Positions 40,669 through 55,404 of a DNA stretch of 64,000 bases are shown piece after piece (position 1 is the stretch's first letter; the number at the start of each line of letters is the position of its first letter). The position numbers and the translations under genes are program-made. The DNA is from Strigamia acuminata (lineage: Eukaryota), in assembly GCA_949358305.1 (NCBI GenBank), contig OX442314.1:30938001-31002000 (forward strand), in the 5' to 3' direction. The notes under the pieces are model-generated. The model did no database searches. It was given only the letters and a program-made list of their open reading frames with translations, and was not told the origin of the DNA.

Positions 40669-40906
40669 ATAGAAGTTGGAAAGATATGGGGAGTGTTTGA
40701 GTATAATTATAGCGTTTTCTTGCTTTCTTTTTCACTACATTTTAATTGTTTTATTACTGTTACGATGGGAAAAAAGGAGCTTAATAATTGCCAAAAAACA
40801 TTTTTTTTTTTACTCATTAATTTGAAATGTAAATAAAATAAAATAATTCTCCGATTTTTTCTTTTTTTGATGTGGAATTACGATCAAGCAGTCCTGCAGT
40901 TTGGGT

Positions 40907-41350
40907 TTAATTAAAATGTGGTTGGTCGACTCTGTTTTGGAGTGTGAGTTCAGTTTGACTGACGATGGTTGCAATAAACAAACCCTGTCCGCCGGTAATG
41001 AACCGTAGTGGAAACTGAAATAATCCTCCGAGTTTATTATATTTTAATGTGGGAAACTCGAATAATATTTCTTTGCAAACCTGAGTTTCTTTCTGCACAC
41101 GTTTGAAAGCGATAATTATACAATAATACAATAGCTTCCAATGAAGCAAATCTCATTTCATGGCAATGCAGTTTCTGGGTCCAGCTCCGAATGGGATGAG
41201 ATACGTAAAAGGATTTACTGCGATTTGCTTTGTTTTCGGGAGAAAAACAAACCTGTTTTGAAGCAAAATAAACACAAGAAAACAGATTAAATTAAAGACT
41301 CTCTTATTTTACGAATCAATATACCTTTCAGGATCAAATGTTTGTAGATT
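40907..41350 (-). pseudogene. Cytochrome P450 3' fragment, copy 9
   Basis: Same as copy 1. Confidence 0.88.
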
Positions 41351-43227
41351 AATTAGATTAGATTAAATTAAACCCGAATCCATTTTCATCCACAAAAATG
41401 CATTTTTACAGAAAAAAAAATCCATTTTTACAGAAAAAAAAATCCATTTTTACAGAAAAAAAAATCCATTTTTACAGAAAAAAAAATCCATTTTTACAGA
41501 AAAAAAAATCCATTTTCATCCACAAAAATGCATTTTGAGACAAAAAAAAGCATTGACACAAAAAATGCATTTTCGGACAAAAGAAAGCATTTTGTTTTGA
41601 GACAAAAAAAAATGCATTTTGAGACAAAAAAAAAATCTATTTTCGTACACAAAAATGTATTTTGAGACAAAAAAAAGCATTTTGACACAAAAAATGCATT
41701 TTTATAGAAAAAAAAATCCATTTTCATCCACAAAAATGCATTTTGAGACAAAAAAAAGCATTTTGACACAAAAAAAGCATTTTGACACAAAAAATGCATT
41801 TTGACACAAAAAATGCATTTTCGGACAAAAGAAAGCATTTTGTTTTGAGACAAAAAAAATGCACGTATCACAGTGAAAAAAAAACGTCAAAAACAAATTT
41901 AAAAAAATGCAGTTTTACCTTCTACAATGTCCTAGTGGCCCGGGTGAAGTTGGGGGCCAAAACCTAGAAAAATAGGAAGAAATAAAACACAAAAAATCGA
42001 TTTCTTTGCAGAAATGGCAAAAAAATCAACAGAGAACGAGCAAATACTCATCTAAAATCTAAAATCCATCCTCGGGGTCCTTTGGGCAGTCGAAAGTAGC
42101 TGGAATATAAAATAAAAATTAAATTACACACCGCAAATCGCTTGAAAAACCTCAACAAAAATTAAGCCTACTCACTGCATACGCACGCGGTCGGGGCCGT
42201 TCCACGGGTGTTTGGCCGGTCGGAAATAGCTGAAATATAAAATATAAACTAAATTAAACACCACAAATCGATTAAAAAACCTCATCATCATCATCATCAA
42301 AATCAAACAACACACCTACCGGTAGTGGAACATGGCTGCCGAGTGTCATCACGCTCAACAACAATCACAACCATCACAAAAATCACAATAAAATGGCTGC
42401 CTCGCTCGAGCTCTTCACCCGACCGATTTACTTTGTCGAATGGCACCATCCTGTCCGTGCACGAAGACTTTATGTAGACTAGACTATATATAGTAACCAC
42501 CCAGATACACATAGACCTATACTTATATATAAATAATATAATGTTTTGTACCTATCTAGAAATAAGTAGGCCTAAATTTAACATGCAATTGCATGTTAAT
42601 CTGGGCACAAGTAGCGAAAATGACGCTCTTGACATCGCTCCAAAACCCGAGTTAGATCACAGATCACAGATCAGCTCTTAAAACTCTTGAATTTACTCGC
42701 TAGAGTGCGTCCATTAAGAATTAAATTCAATTTAAAAATTAAAAATTCGATTAAAAATTAAAATTAAAATTAAAAATTGAAATTACCGGTATTTCATTAT
42801 TTACAATTGAAATTATCTAGAAATTATCTAGATTACACGCAGTCGGAGTCGGACAGCATCTATACATCTATATTCTATCCGTGTTGTTTTAAACCTAACC
42901 GATGCGATCGACGTGTTGCCTAAAATCTACAAATCCAGCCGCTCCGAACTAACTCACCGATGAGCAGCGATTGATTAATTTATTGTATCAACCAAATTTC
43001 ACTTTTCATTTTTCATTTTTCCCTTTTTTTCATTTCTAATTTCTCATTTTTAACTTCTAACTTTTATTAGTTCTACCAAACGAATACGGCGTCACCCAGC
43101 GCAAAGTAGCTTTGCTTCCAGGCACCAAAAACATTATTAAAGACGATTTTAGACTCTTGACAAATTTATCCTCTTTTATTATGAAACCTACTTACGTTAG
43201 TTAATTCTGCTTTCTCTTTTAAATATA

Positions 43228-43953
43228 ATGGCGCAAAAGAAAGCGGTTAGACCGACGATCAACGGCGTCAAGACGACTAAAAAGACTGTCGATGAGGATA
43301 ATGTCAAAAACGAGGCTTCGACGACGACCGAGACGAACGATTTTCCACAAAACGACTCGACAAACGCCAATAAAACGAACGAACCCGAAACGACAACAAT
43401 TCCTACACCGGACGAAACCACGACCAAAATGTCGACAGATTTCGACGTCCTCCTCAAGCCAACAACATCAATCGAGCTGAAGAAAGTGACGACACAAATC
43501 AAGACAACTCTTCGTCCGAAACTCAGTTTAAAACCGCACGAATTACGCAACGAAACGATCGGAAACGACGTCACATCTCAGTCCCGTCTTCGAACAATAA
43601 GCAGCGAGACACCCAGATCAACATCGCCCAACAAATCCACTCACAACACGGACGAAAATGCCCCATTGAGTCGCCCATTGGTCTACGTGTCCTCGACATC
43701 TTTCCGACACAATCGCACGACTTCAAAACCAAACGAAACGACACCAGACGTGGCAAACACCAACACCAAACCCCCACGCACCAAACCCACTCTATTCCCA
43801 TCCTCCAGAACCAGAATTGACATCACAACCAAACCACTAACAACCAGACATCGTTCAACTAACATTGCAACACAAACAACAAAACATCGTTCAACTGACA
43901 TCACTACAAAACCACTAACGACCAGACATCGTTCAACCACAAAAGGGACGACG

Positions 43954-43984
<31 letters not shown>

Positions 43985-45360
43985 CCAGTACAACAACAAA
44001 AAAGACGACAACAACACCCATAGCATCAACAACTCCAATTTCGTCTCAACCGGTCGAAGACTTTGACGAGATCGAAGCGTCATTCGTTGACGGCATATTT
44101 GGTTTGCGGCTCCCGACAGACTTCGACACAGACGGCGAAATAGACACAAAAACTACACCAAAACCAATCAAAACTGCAAAAACATTGGCAACCAAACAAC
44201 CGAGCAAGCAAAGCAGATTCCCGACTACTACCGTCGGGTTATCCGAGGCTACGAAACCGAAAAACCAAAAGACGAAACCGTTTGCCGAGCACGAGCGCGA
44301 CAACACGCGAGACAACACGATCGGGCGACTGCAGCACAGCGAATCGGTTTTGATTCTCAGCACGACGCCGTACCCTCGAATCCGTCCGAATTGGCACCGA
44401 CGGAACCAAACCCGACCCACCACCGTGATAACCAACACGCAAATATCGGCCCTGGACGAAATGGTCATGAAATACCTAACGTCGACCACCCGCGCGTCCA
44501 AACTGACCGACGATTTTGACGCTTTCATTCTGACCGATCCGTTCGACACGAACAAAATCAAAACGAGCACCGCGGAGCCCAAAATGGACCCTGAGATCAT
44601 CCCCGGTTACTTCACCGACGTTACCACGAAAGCGGAAAGCGTCACGCGACCCTCCAAAGTGACCACCATTTTGACCAGCGGTCAGTTTCCGGTCATAGAA
44701 AAAGTGAACAACTTTAAATCGTCGCAAGCCGTTGGCGGGAATAACCTCGGGTTTCACCTACCGCCCAGTTTTTGGCCCACTCGTTACGCACTGACCACAA
44801 CGCCGACGTTGCAAGCGCCGAAACGACAACGGTTGTTGTTTTCGTCCAAACGGAGACTCTCCGGTCAACATCGGCAGTCGCGGCGGTCCACGTACGATTA
44901 CGGGTCGGTCACGTCGCCGTCGCCGAGTTTGATCGAGGACGACGTCACGGACACGTTGGTCAAGTTCGGGGTCCGTCTCGCGCGCTCGAAACGCGAGGAG
45001 AAGTCGCCGGCGGTCGTCAATCCGTTCCCGGAACACGTTGCGACGTACCAGCATCCGTTTTTCGGCCAAGTCGGCGTGTTGTTCAACAAGACGTCGGGCA
45101 CGTTGCAGATGGAGTACGGGTTTTACGGGAAGGCGCATTTGTTGCCGTACGTGCAGAGCAATACGTTTCTGCTGCGATTTTTCAGCGCCGTTTGGTACGT
45201 GTCGGAAAGCGACGACAGCAGACGGCTACCGAGGAGTGTTTTCATGGTCCATTTCAAGGGGGGTTCGTCGGACGGGCGACCGGAACGATTTATTGTGCCT
45301 TTCTTCGATCCCCGATTGCCGCCTACGTTCGTTAGGGTTAGGTCTTCGGATAGGAAATAA
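43228..45360 (+). CDS. Mucin-like/DUF3471-like protein, copy 10 (N135)
   Basis: Intact 710-aa ORF. Confidence 0.8.
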
Positions 45361-45598
45361 ATAGAAGTTGGAAAGATATGGGGAGTGTTTGAGTATAATT
45401 ATAGCGTTTTCTTGCTTTCTTTTTCACTACATTTTAATTGTTTTATTACTGTTACGATGGGAAAAAAGGAGCTTAATAATTGCCAAAAAACATTTTTTTT
45501 TTTACTCATTAATTTGAAATGTAAATAAAATAAAATAATTCTCCGATTTTTTCTTTTTTTGATGTGGAATTACGATCAAGCAGTCCTGCAGTTTGGGT

Positions 45599-46042
45599 TT
45601 AATTAAAATGTGGTTGGTCGACTCTGTTTTGGAGTGTGAGTTCAGTTTGACTGACGATGGTTGCAATAAACAAACCCTGTCCGCCGGTAATGAACCGTAG
45701 TGGAAACTGAAATAATCCTCCGAGTTTATTATATTTTAATGTGGGAAACTCGAATAATATTTCTTTGCAAACCTGAGTTTCTTTCTGCACACGTTTGAAA
45801 GCGATAATTATACAATAATACAATAGCTTCCAATGAAGCAAATCTCATTTCATGGCAATGCAGTTTCTGGGTCCAGCTCCGAATGGGATGAGATACGTAA
45901 AAGGATTTACTGCGATTTGCTTTGTTTTCGGGAGAAAAACAAACCTGTTTTGAAGCAAAATAAACACAAGAAAACAGATTAAATTAAAGACTCTCTTATT
46001 TTACGAATCAATATACCTTTCAGGATCAAATGTTTGTAGATT
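45599..46042 (-). pseudogene. Cytochrome P450 3' fragment, copy 10
   Basis: Same as copy 1. Confidence 0.88.
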
Positions 46043-47897
46043 AATTAGATTAGATTAAATTAAACCCGAATCCATTTTCATCCACAAAAATGCATTTTTA
46101 CAGAAAAAAAAATCCATTTTTACAGAAAAAAAAATCCATTTTTACAGAAAAAAAAATCCATTTTTACAGAAAAAAAAATCCATTTTCATCCACAAAAATG
46201 CATTTTGAGACAAAAAAAAGCATTGACACAAAAAATGCATTTTCGGACAAAAGAAAGCATTTTGTTTTGAGACAAAAAAAAATGCATTTTGAGACAAAAA
46301 AAAAATCTATTTTCGTACACAAAAATGTATTTTGAGACAAAAAAAAGCATTTTGACACAAAAAATGCATTTTTATAGAAAAAAAAATCCATTTTCATCCA
46401 CAAAAATGCATTTTGAGACAAAAAAAAGCATTTTGACACAAAAAAAGCATTTTGACACAAAAAATGCATTTTGACACAAAAAATGCATTTTCGGACAAAA
46501 GAAAGCATTTTGTTTTGAGACAAAAAAAATGCACGTATCACAGTGAAAAAAAAACGTCAAAAACAAATTTAAAAAAATGCAGTTTTACCTTCTACAATGT
46601 CCTAGTGGCCCGGGTGAAGTTGGGGGCCAAAACCTAGAAAAATAGGAAGAAATAAAACACAAAAAATCGATTTCTTTGCAGAAATGGCAAAAAAATCAAC
46701 AGAGAACGAGCAAATACTCATCTAAAATCTAAAATCCATCCTCGGGGTCCTTTGGGCAGTCGAAAGTAGCTGGAATATAAAATAAAAATTAAATTACACA
46801 CCGCAAATCGCTTGAAAAACCTCAACAAAAATTAAGCCTACTCACTGCATACGCACGCGGTCGGGGCCGTTCCACGGGTGTTTGGCCGGTCGGAAATAGC
46901 TGAAATATAAAATATAAACTAAATTAAACACCACAAATCGATTAAAAAACCTCATCATCATCATCATCAAAATCAAACAACACACCTACCGGTAGTGGAA
47001 CATGGCTGCCGAGTGTCATCACGCTCAACAACAATCACAACCATCACAAAAATCACAATAAAATGGCTGCCTCGCTCGAGCTCTTCACCCGACCGATTTA
47101 CTTTGTCGAATGGCACCATCCTGTCCGTGCACGAAGACTTTATGTAGACTAGACTATATATAGTAACCACCCAGATACACATAGACCTATACTTATATAT
47201 AAATAATATAATGTTTTGTACCTATCTAGAAATAAGTAGGCCTAAATTTAACATGCAATTGCATGTTAATCTGGGCACAAGTAGCGAAAATGACGCTCTT
47301 GACATCGCTCCAAAACCCGAGTTAGATCACAGATCACAGATCAGCTCTTAAAACTCTTGAATTTACTCGCTAGAGTGCGTCCATTAAGAATTAAATTCAA
47401 TTTAAAAATTAAAAATTCGATTAAAAATTAAAATTAAAATTAAAAATTGAAATTACCGGTATTTCATTATTTACAATTGAAATTATCTAGAAATTATCTA
47501 GATTACACGCAGTCGGAGTCGGACAGCATCTATACATCTATATTCTATCCGTGTTGTTTTAAACCTAACCGATGCGATCGACGTGTTGCCTAAAATCTAC
47601 AAATCCAGCCGCTCCGAACTAACTCACCGATGAGCAGCGATTGATTAATTTATTGTATCAACCAAATTTCACTTTTCATTTTTCATTTTTCCCTTTTTTT
47701 CATTTCTAATTTCTCATTTTTAACTTCTAACTTTTATTAGTTCTACCAAACGAATACGGCGTCACCCAGCGCAAAGTAGCTTTGCTTCCAGGCACCAAAA
47801 ACATTATTAAAGACGATTTTAGACTCTTGACAAATTTATCCTCTTTTATTATGAAACCTACTTACGTTAGTTAATTCTGCTTTCTCTTTTAAATATA

Positions 47898-48623
47898 ATG
47901 GCGCAAAAGAAAGCGGTTAGACCGACGATCAACGGCGTCAAGACGACTAAAAAGACTGTCGATGAGGATAATGTCAAAAACGAGGCTTCGACGACGACCG
48001 AGACGAACGATTTTCCACAAAACGACTCGACAAACGCCAATAAAACGAACGAACCCGAAACGACAACAATTCCTACACCGGACGAAACCACGACCAAAAT
48101 GTCGACAGATTTCGACGTCCTCCTCAAGCCAACAACATCAATCGAGCTGAAGAAAGTGACGACACAAATCAAGACAACTCTTCGTCCGAAACTCAGTTTA
48201 AAACCGCACGAATTACGCAACGAAACGATCGGAAACGACGTCACATCTCAGTCCCGTCTTCGAACAATAAGCAGCGAGACACCCAGATCAACATCGCCCA
48301 ACAAATCCACTCACAACACGGACGAAAATGCCCCATTGAGTCGCCCATTGGTCTACGTGTCCTCGACATCTTTCCGACACAATCGCACGACTTCAAAACC
48401 AAACGAAACGACACCAGACGTGGCAAACACCAACACCAAACCCCCACGCACCAAACCCACTCTATTCCCATCCTCCAGAACCAGAATTGACATCACAACC
48501 AAACCACTAACAACCAGACATCGTTCAACTAACATTGCAACACAAACAACAAAACATCGTTCAACTGACATCACTACAAAACCACTAACGACCAGACATC
48601 GTTCAACCACAAAAGGGACGACG

Positions 48624-48654
<31 letters not shown>

Positions 48655-50030
48655 CCAGTACAACAACAAAAAAGACGACAACAACACCCATAGCATCAAC
48701 AACTCCAATTTCGTCTCAACCGGTCGAAGACTTTGACGAGATCGAAGCGTCATTCGTTGACGGCATATTTGGTTTGCGGCTCCCGACAGACTTCGACACA
48801 GACGGCGAAATAGACACAAAAACTACACCAAAACCAATCAAAACTGCAAAAACATTGGCAACCAAACAACCGAGCAAGCAAAGCAGATTCCCGACTACTA
48901 CCGTCGGGTTATCCGAGGCTACGAAACCGAAAAACCAAAAGACGAAACCGTTTGCCGAGCACGAGCGCGACAACACGCGAGACAACACGATCGGGCGACT
49001 GCAGCACAGCGAATCGGTTTTGATTCTCAGCACGACGCCGTACCCTCGAATCCGTCCGAATTGGCACCGACGGAACCAAACCCGACCCACCACCGTGATA
49101 ACCAACACGCAAATATCGGCCCTGGACGAAATGGTCATGAAATACCTAACGTCGACCACCCGCGCGTCCAAACTGACCGACGATTTTGACGCTTTCATTC
49201 TGACCGATCCGTTCGACACGAACAAAATCAAAACGAGCACCGCGGAGCCCAAAATGGACCCTGAGATCATCCCCGGTTACTTCACCGACGTTACCACGAA
49301 AGCGGAAAGCGTCACGCGACCCTCCAAAGTGACCACCATTTTGACCAGCGGTCAGTTTCCGGTCATAGAAAAAGTGAACAACTTTAAATCGTCGCAAGCC
49401 GTTGGCGGGAATAACCTCGGGTTTCACCTACCGCCCAGTTTTTGGCCCACTCGTTACGCACTGACCACAACGCCGACGTTGCAAGCGCCGAAACGACAAC
49501 GGTTGTTGTTTTCGTCCAAACGGAGACTCTCCGGTCAACATCGGCAGTCGCGGCGGTCCACGTACGATTACGGGTCGGTCACGTCGCCGTCGCCGAGTTT
49601 GATCGAGGACGACGTCACGGACACGTTGGTCAAGTTCGGGGTCCGTCTCGCGCGCTCGAAACGCGAGGAGAAGTCGCCGGCGGTCGTCAATCCGTTCCCG
49701 GAACACGTTGCGACGTACCAGCATCCGTTTTTCGGCCAAGTCGGCGTGTTGTTCAACAAGACGTCGGGCACGTTGCAGATGGAGTACGGGTTTTACGGGA
49801 AGGCGCATTTGTTGCCGTACGTGCAGAGCAATACGTTTCTGCTGCGATTTTTCAGCGCCGTTTGGTACGTGTCGGAAAGCGACGACAGCAGACGGCTACC
49901 GAGGAGTGTTTTCATGGTCCATTTCAAGGGGGGTTCGTCGGACGGGCGACCGGAACGATTTATTGTGCCTTTCTTCGATCCCCGATTGCCGCCTACGTTC
50001 GTTAGGGTTAGGTCTTCGGATAGGAAATAA
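47898..50030 (+). CDS. Mucin-like/DUF3471-like protein, copy 11 (N135)
   Basis: Intact 710-aa ORF. Confidence 0.8.
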
Positions 50031-50268
50031 ATAGAAGTTGGAAAGATATGGGGAGTGTTTGAGTATAATTATAGCGTTTTCTTGCTTTCTTTTTCACTAC
50101 ATTTTAATTGTTTTATTACTGTTACGATGGGAAAAAAGGAGCTTAATAATTGCCAAAAAACATTTTTTTTTTTACTCATTAATTTGAAATGTAAATAAAA
50201 TAAAATAATTCTCCGATTTTTTCTTTTTTTGATGTGGAATTACGATCAAGCAGTCCTGCAGTTTGGGT

Positions 50269-50712
50269 TTAATTAAAATGTGGTTGGTCGACTCTGTTTT
50301 GGAGTGTGAGTTCAGTTTGACTGACGATGGTTGCAATAAACAAACCCTGTCCGCCGGTAATGAACCGTAGTGGAAACTGAAATAATCCTCCGAGTTTATT
50401 ATATTTTAATGTGGGAAACTCGAATAATATTTCTTTGCAAACCTGAGTTTCTTTCTGCACACGTTTGAAAGCGATAATTATACAATAATACAATAGCTTC
50501 CAATGAAGCAAATCTCATTTCATGGCAATGCAGTTTCTGGGTCCAGCTCCGAATGGGATGAGATACGTAAAAGGATTTACTGCGATTTGCTTTGTTTTCG
50601 GGAGAAAAACAAACCTGTTTTGAAGCAAAATAAACACAAGAAAACAGATTAAATTAAAGACTCTCTTATTTTACGAATCAATATACCTTTCAGGATCAAA
50701 TGTTTGTAGATT
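50269..50712 (-). pseudogene. Cytochrome P450 3' fragment, copy 11
   Basis: Same as copy 1. Confidence 0.88.
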
Positions 50713-52589
50713 AATTAGATTAGATTAAATTAAACCCGAATCCATTTTCATCCACAAAAATGCATTTTTACAGAAAAAAAAATCCATTTTTACAGAAAAA
50801 AAAATCCATTTTTACAGAAAAAAAAATCCATTTTTACAGAAAAAAAAATCCATTTTTACAGAAAAAAAAATCCATTTTCATCCACAAAAATGCATTTTGA
50901 GACAAAAAAAAGCATTGACACAAAAAATGCATTTTCGGACAAAAGAAAGCATTTTGTTTTGAGACAAAAAAAAATGCATTTTGAGACAAAAAAAAAATCT
51001 ATTTTCGTACACAAAAATGTATTTTGAGACAAAAAAAAGCATTTTGACACAAAAAATGCATTTTTATAGAAAAAAAAATCCATTTTCATCCACAAAAATG
51101 CATTTTGAGACAAAAAAAAGCATTTTGACACAAAAAAAGCATTTTGACACAAAAAATGCATTTTGACACAAAAAATGCATTTTCGGACAAAAGAAAGCAT
51201 TTTGTTTTGAGACAAAAAAAATGCACGTATCACAGTGAAAAAAAAACGTCAAAAACAAATTTAAAAAAATGCAGTTTTACCTTCTACAATGTCCTAGTGG
51301 CCCGGGTGAAGTTGGGGGCCAAAACCTAGAAAAATAGGAAGAAATAAAACACAAAAAATCGATTTCTTTGCAGAAATGGCAAAAAAATCAACAGAGAACG
51401 AGCAAATACTCATCTAAAATCTAAAATCCATCCTCGGGGTCCTTTGGGCAGTCGAAAGTAGCTGGAATATAAAATAAAAATTAAATTACACACCGCAAAT
51501 CGCTTGAAAAACCTCAACAAAAATTAAGCCTACTCACTGCATACGCACGCGGTCGGGGCCGTTCCACGGGTGTTTGGCCGGTCGGAAATAGCTGAAATAT
51601 AAAATATAAACTAAATTAAACACCACAAATCGATTAAAAAACCTCATCATCATCATCATCAAAATCAAACAACACACCTACCGGTAGTGGAACATGGCTG
51701 CCGAGTGTCATCACGCTCAACAACAATCACAACCATCACAAAAATCACAATAAAATGGCTGCCTCGCTCGAGCTCTTCACCCGACCGATTTACTTTGTCG
51801 AATGGCACCATCCTGTCCGTGCACGAAGACTTTATGTAGACTAGACTATATATAGTAACCACCCAGATACACATAGACCTATACTTATATATAAATAATA
51901 TAATGTTTTGTACCTATCTAGAAATAAGTAGGCCTAAATTTAACATGCAATTGCATGTTAATCTGGGCACAAGTAGCGAAAATGACGCTCTTGACATCGC
52001 TCCAAAACCCGAGTTAGATCACAGATCACAGATCAGCTCTTAAAACTCTTGAATTTACTCGCTAGAGTGCGTCCATTAAGAATTAAATTCAATTTAAAAA
52101 TTAAAAATTCGATTAAAAATTAAAATTAAAATTAAAAATTGAAATTACCGGTATTTCATTATTTACAATTGAAATTATCTAGAAATTATCTAGATTACAC
52201 GCAGTCGGAGTCGGACAGCATCTATACATCTATATTCTATCCGTGTTGTTTTAAACCTAACCGATGCGATCGACGTGTTGCCTAAAATCTACAAATCCAG
52301 CCGCTCCGAACTAACTCACCGATGAGCAGCGATTGATTAATTTATTGTATCAACCAAATTTCACTTTTCATTTTTCATTTTTCCCTTTTTTTCATTTCTA
52401 ATTTCTCATTTTTAACTTCTAACTTTTATTAGTTCTACCAAACGAATACGGCGTCACCCAGCGCAAAGTAGCTTTGCTTCCAGGCACCAAAAACATTATT
52501 AAAGACGATTTTAGACTCTTGACAAATTTATCCTCTTTTATTATGAAACCTACTTACGTTAGTTAATTCTGCTTTCTCTTTTAAATATA

Positions 52590-53315
52590 ATGGCGCAAAA
52601 GAAAGCGGTTAGACCGACGATCAACGGCGTCAAGACGACTAAAAAGACTGTCGATGAGGATAATGTCAAAAACGAGGCTTCGACGACGACCGAGACGAAC
52701 GATTTTCCACAAAACGACTCGACAAACGCCAATAAAACGAACGAACCCGAAACGACAACAATTCCTACACCGGACGAAACCACGACCAAAATGTCGACAG
52801 ATTTCGACGTCCTCCTCAAGCCAACAACATCAATCGAGCTGAAGAAAGTGACGACACAAATCAAGACAACTCTTCGTCCGAAACTCAGTTTAAAACCGCA
52901 CGAATTACGCAACGAAACGATCGGAAACGACGTCACATCTCAGTCCCGTCTTCGAACAATAAGCAGCGAGACACCCAGATCAACATCGCCCAACAAATCC
53001 ACTCACAACACGGACGAAAATGCCCCATTGAGTCGCCCATTGGTCTACGTGTCCTCGACATCTTTCCGACACAATCGCACGACTTCAAAACCAAACGAAA
53101 CGACACCAGACGTGGCAAACACCAACACCAAACCCCCACGCACCAAACCCACTCTATTCCCATCCTCCAGAACCAGAATTGACATCACAACCAAACCACT
53201 AACAACCAGACATCGTTCAACTAACATTGCAACACAAACAACAAAACATCGTTCAACTGACATCACTACAAAACCACTAACGACCAGACATCGTTCAACC
53301 ACAAAAGGGACGACG

Positions 53316-53346
<31 letters not shown>

Positions 53347-54722
53347 CCAGTACAACAACAAAAAAGACGACAACAACACCCATAGCATCAACAACTCCAA
53401 TTTCGTCTCAACCGGTCGAAGACTTTGACGAGATCGAAGCGTCATTCGTTGACGGCATATTTGGTTTGCGGCTCCCGACAGACTTCGACACAGACGGCGA
53501 AATAGACACAAAAACTACACCAAAACCAATCAAAACTGCAAAAACATTGGCAACCAAACAACCGAGCAAGCAAAGCAGATTCCCGACTACTACCGTCGGG
53601 TTATCCGAGGCTACGAAACCGAAAAACCAAAAGACGAAACCGTTTGCCGAGCACGAGCGCGACAACACGCGAGACAACACGATCGGGCGACTGCAGCACA
53701 GCGAATCGGTTTTGATTCTCAGCACGACGCCGTACCCTCGAATCCGTCCGAATTGGCACCGACGGAACCAAACCCGACCCACCACCGTGATAACCAACAC
53801 GCAAATATCGGCCCTGGACGAAATGGTCATGAAATACCTAACGTCGACCACCCGCGCGTCCAAACTGACCGACGATTTTGACGCTTTCATTCTGACCGAT
53901 CCGTTCGACACGAACAAAATCAAAACGAGCACCGCGGAGCCCAAAATGGACCCTGAGATCATCCCCGGTTACTTCACCGACGTTACCACGAAAGCGGAAA
54001 GCGTCACGCGACCCTCCAAAGTGACCACCATTTTGACCAGCGGTCAGTTTCCGGTCATAGAAAAAGTGAACAACTTTAAATCGTCGCAAGCCGTTGGCGG
54101 GAATAACCTCGGGTTTCACCTACCGCCCAGTTTTTGGCCCACTCGTTACGCACTGACCACAACGCCGACGTTGCAAGCGCCGAAACGACAACGGTTGTTG
54201 TTTTCGTCCAAACGGAGACTCTCCGGTCAACATCGGCAGTCGCGGCGGTCCACGTACGATTACGGGTCGGTCACGTCGCCGTCGCCGAGTTTGATCGAGG
54301 ACGACGTCACGGACACGTTGGTCAAGTTCGGGGTCCGTCTCGCGCGCTCGAAACGCGAGGAGAAGTCGCCGGCGGTCGTCAATCCGTTCCCGGAACACGT
54401 TGCGACGTACCAGCATCCGTTTTTCGGCCAAGTCGGCGTGTTGTTCAACAAGACGTCGGGCACGTTGCAGATGGAGTACGGGTTTTACGGGAAGGCGCAT
54501 TTGTTGCCGTACGTGCAGAGCAATACGTTTCTGCTGCGATTTTTCAGCGCCGTTTGGTACGTGTCGGAAAGCGACGACAGCAGACGGCTACCGAGGAGTG
54601 TTTTCATGGTCCATTTCAAGGGGGGTTCGTCGGACGGGCGACCGGAACGATTTATTGTGCCTTTCTTCGATCCCCGATTGCCGCCTACGTTCGTTAGGGT
54701 TAGGTCTTCGGATAGGAAATAA
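52590..54722 (+). CDS. Mucin-like/DUF3471-like protein, copy 12 (N135)
   Basis: Intact 710-aa ORF. Confidence 0.8.
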
Positions 54723-54960
54723 ATAGAAGTTGGAAAGATATGGGGAGTGTTTGAGTATAATTATAGCGTTTTCTTGCTTTCTTTTTCACTACATTTTAAT
54801 TGTTTTATTACTGTTACGATGGGAAAAAAGGAGCTTAATAATTGCCAAAAAACATTTTTTTTTTTACTCATTAATTTGAAATGTAAATAAAATAAAATAA
54901 TTCTCCGATTTTTTCTTTTTTTGATGTGGAATTACGATCAAGCAGTCCTGCAGTTTGGGT

Positions 54961-55404
54961 TTAATTAAAATGTGGTTGGTCGACTCTGTTTTGGAGTGTG
55001 AGTTCAGTTTGACTGACGATGGTTGCAATAAACAAACCCTGTCCGCCGGTAATGAACCGTAGTGGAAACTGAAATAATCCTCCGAGTTTATTATATTTTA
55101 ATGTGGGAAACTCGAATAATATTTCTTTGCAAACCTGAGTTTCTTTCTGCACACGTTTGAAAGCGATAATTATACAATAATACAATAGCTTCCAATGAAG
55201 CAAATCTCATTTCATGGCAATGCAGTTTCTGGGTCCAGCTCCGAATGGGATGAGATACGTAAAAGGATTTACTGCGATTTGCTTTGTTTTCGGGAGAAAA
55301 ACAAACCTGTTTTGAAGCAAAATAAACACAAGAAAACAGATTAAATTAAAGACTCTCTTATTTTACGAATCAATATACCTTTCAGGATCAAATGTTTGTA
55401 GATT
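54961..55404 (-). pseudogene. Cytochrome P450 3' fragment, copy 12
   Basis: Same as copy 1. Confidence 0.88.
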